A stretch of 64,000 nucleotides of DNA from Candidatus Enterousia sp. (GTDB taxonomy: Bacteria; Pseudomonadota; Alphaproteobacteria; Rs-D84): assembly GCA_045645065.1 (NCBI GenBank), contig JAZRIB010000010.1, positions 12,196 through 76,195 on the forward strand, given 5' to 3'. Made by a program: the position numbers and the translations under genes. Below are positions 63,574 through 64,000 of the stretch, in pieces. Under the pieces are notes generated by a model. It was not told the DNA's origin, searched no databases, and was given only the letters and a program-made list of their open reading frames with translations. How positions within the stretch are numbered: position 1 is the first letter of the stretch; the number at the start of each line of letters is the position of its first letter.

Positions 63574-64000
63574 TTATTTCGCATCTACCTTTAAGCCTGG
63601 GCCCTGGGTTGTCGCAACGGAAATACCCAAGATATACTGACCCTTAGCGGATGCAGGTTTAACCTTTTTCAACTGGTCAATCAAAGCATTTGCATTTTCA
63701 ACCAACGCGTCGGTCGTAAATGACATTTTACCAATACCAGCGTGAATGATACCTTTCTTTTCAGCACGATATTCAATCTGACCTGCTTTGGCTGTTTTAA
63801 CAGCGTCCGCAACATTGTTTGTAACCGTACCTAATTTTGGATTCGGCATCAAACCTTTTGGCCCCAATACACGTGCGATTTTTGACATTTTTGGCATCAT
63901 ATCAGGTGTTGCAATAACGCGGTCGAAGTTGATATTACCCGCCGCAACAGCGTCAATCAATTCTTCGCCACCGATAACATCAGCACCTGCTTTTTTCGCT
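63574..64000 (-). CDS. rplA: 50S ribosomal protein L1, C-terminal part (gene runs off the right edge)
   Basis: ...AKKAGADVIGGEELIDAVAAGNINFDRVIATPDMMPKMSKIARVLGPKGLMPNPKLGTVT...; the reading frame stays open to position 64000. Confidence 0.9.
   Translation of the reverse strand, partial: AKKAGADVIGGEELIDAVAAGNINFDRVIATPDMMPKMSKIARVLGPKGLMPNPKLGTVTNNVADAVKTAKAGQIEYRAEKKGIIHAGIGKMSFTTDALVENANALIDQLKKVKPASAKGQYILGISVATTQGPGLKVDAK

Noticed and set aside
1-64000. CRISPR arrays, rRNA operons, IS transposases, toxin-antitoxin pairs and known defence-system signature genes.
   Set aside because: I scanned the intergenic regions and the ORF list. There are no regularly spaced direct repeats, no rRNA-like sequence, no DDE/serine/tyrosine recombinase motifs, and no nuclease-NTPase defence pairs.

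Overview
This is an AT-rich, gene-dense chromosomal segment that I read as alphaproteobacterial. That is an inference from a CcrM-type methyltransferase, GapR/DUF2312, an OlsB-OlsA ornithine-lipid pair, MraZ and NrdR. All calls rest on motifs read by eye; no searches were run. Most of the window is housekeeping: tilS (partial), proS, priA, rpmG, tRNA-Leu(UAG), tcdA-tatD, lgt, tRNA-Ser(UGA), trpS, ccrM, nrdR, slt, gapR, pyk, tkt, rnhA, pyrG, comEC, a DD-carboxypeptidase with SPOR domain, recR, rsmA, a Kef-type antiporter, lspA, yidC, mraZ, plsX, rpmF, rpoC, rpoB, rplL, rplJ and rplA (partial). Three short genes missing from the ORF track were recovered by hand: rpmG, rpmF and a 2x[4Fe-4S] ferredoxin. 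Accessory-looking parts are a six-gene surface-glycan cluster (25890-31649), an orphan phage-tail-fibre-like gene, a 400-bp GIY-YIG mini-element with 33-bp terminal inverted repeats beside tRNA-Leu, and several uncharacterised secreted, outer-membrane or Lys-rich proteins. I found no CRISPR array, rRNA, transposase, integrase or recognisable multi-gene defence system. The most interesting signals are small and mostly non-coding. They are a 14-codon leader ORF with tandem Trp codons directly upstream of trpS, a triple repeat and 13-bp hairpin that sequesters the 5' end of tRNA-Leu, a ~180-nt long inverted repeat between rplL and rpoB, and a nested hairpin with a recurring AGTGGTTAG motif flanking rpoC. 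None of these is proven; each needs comparative or experimental checks.
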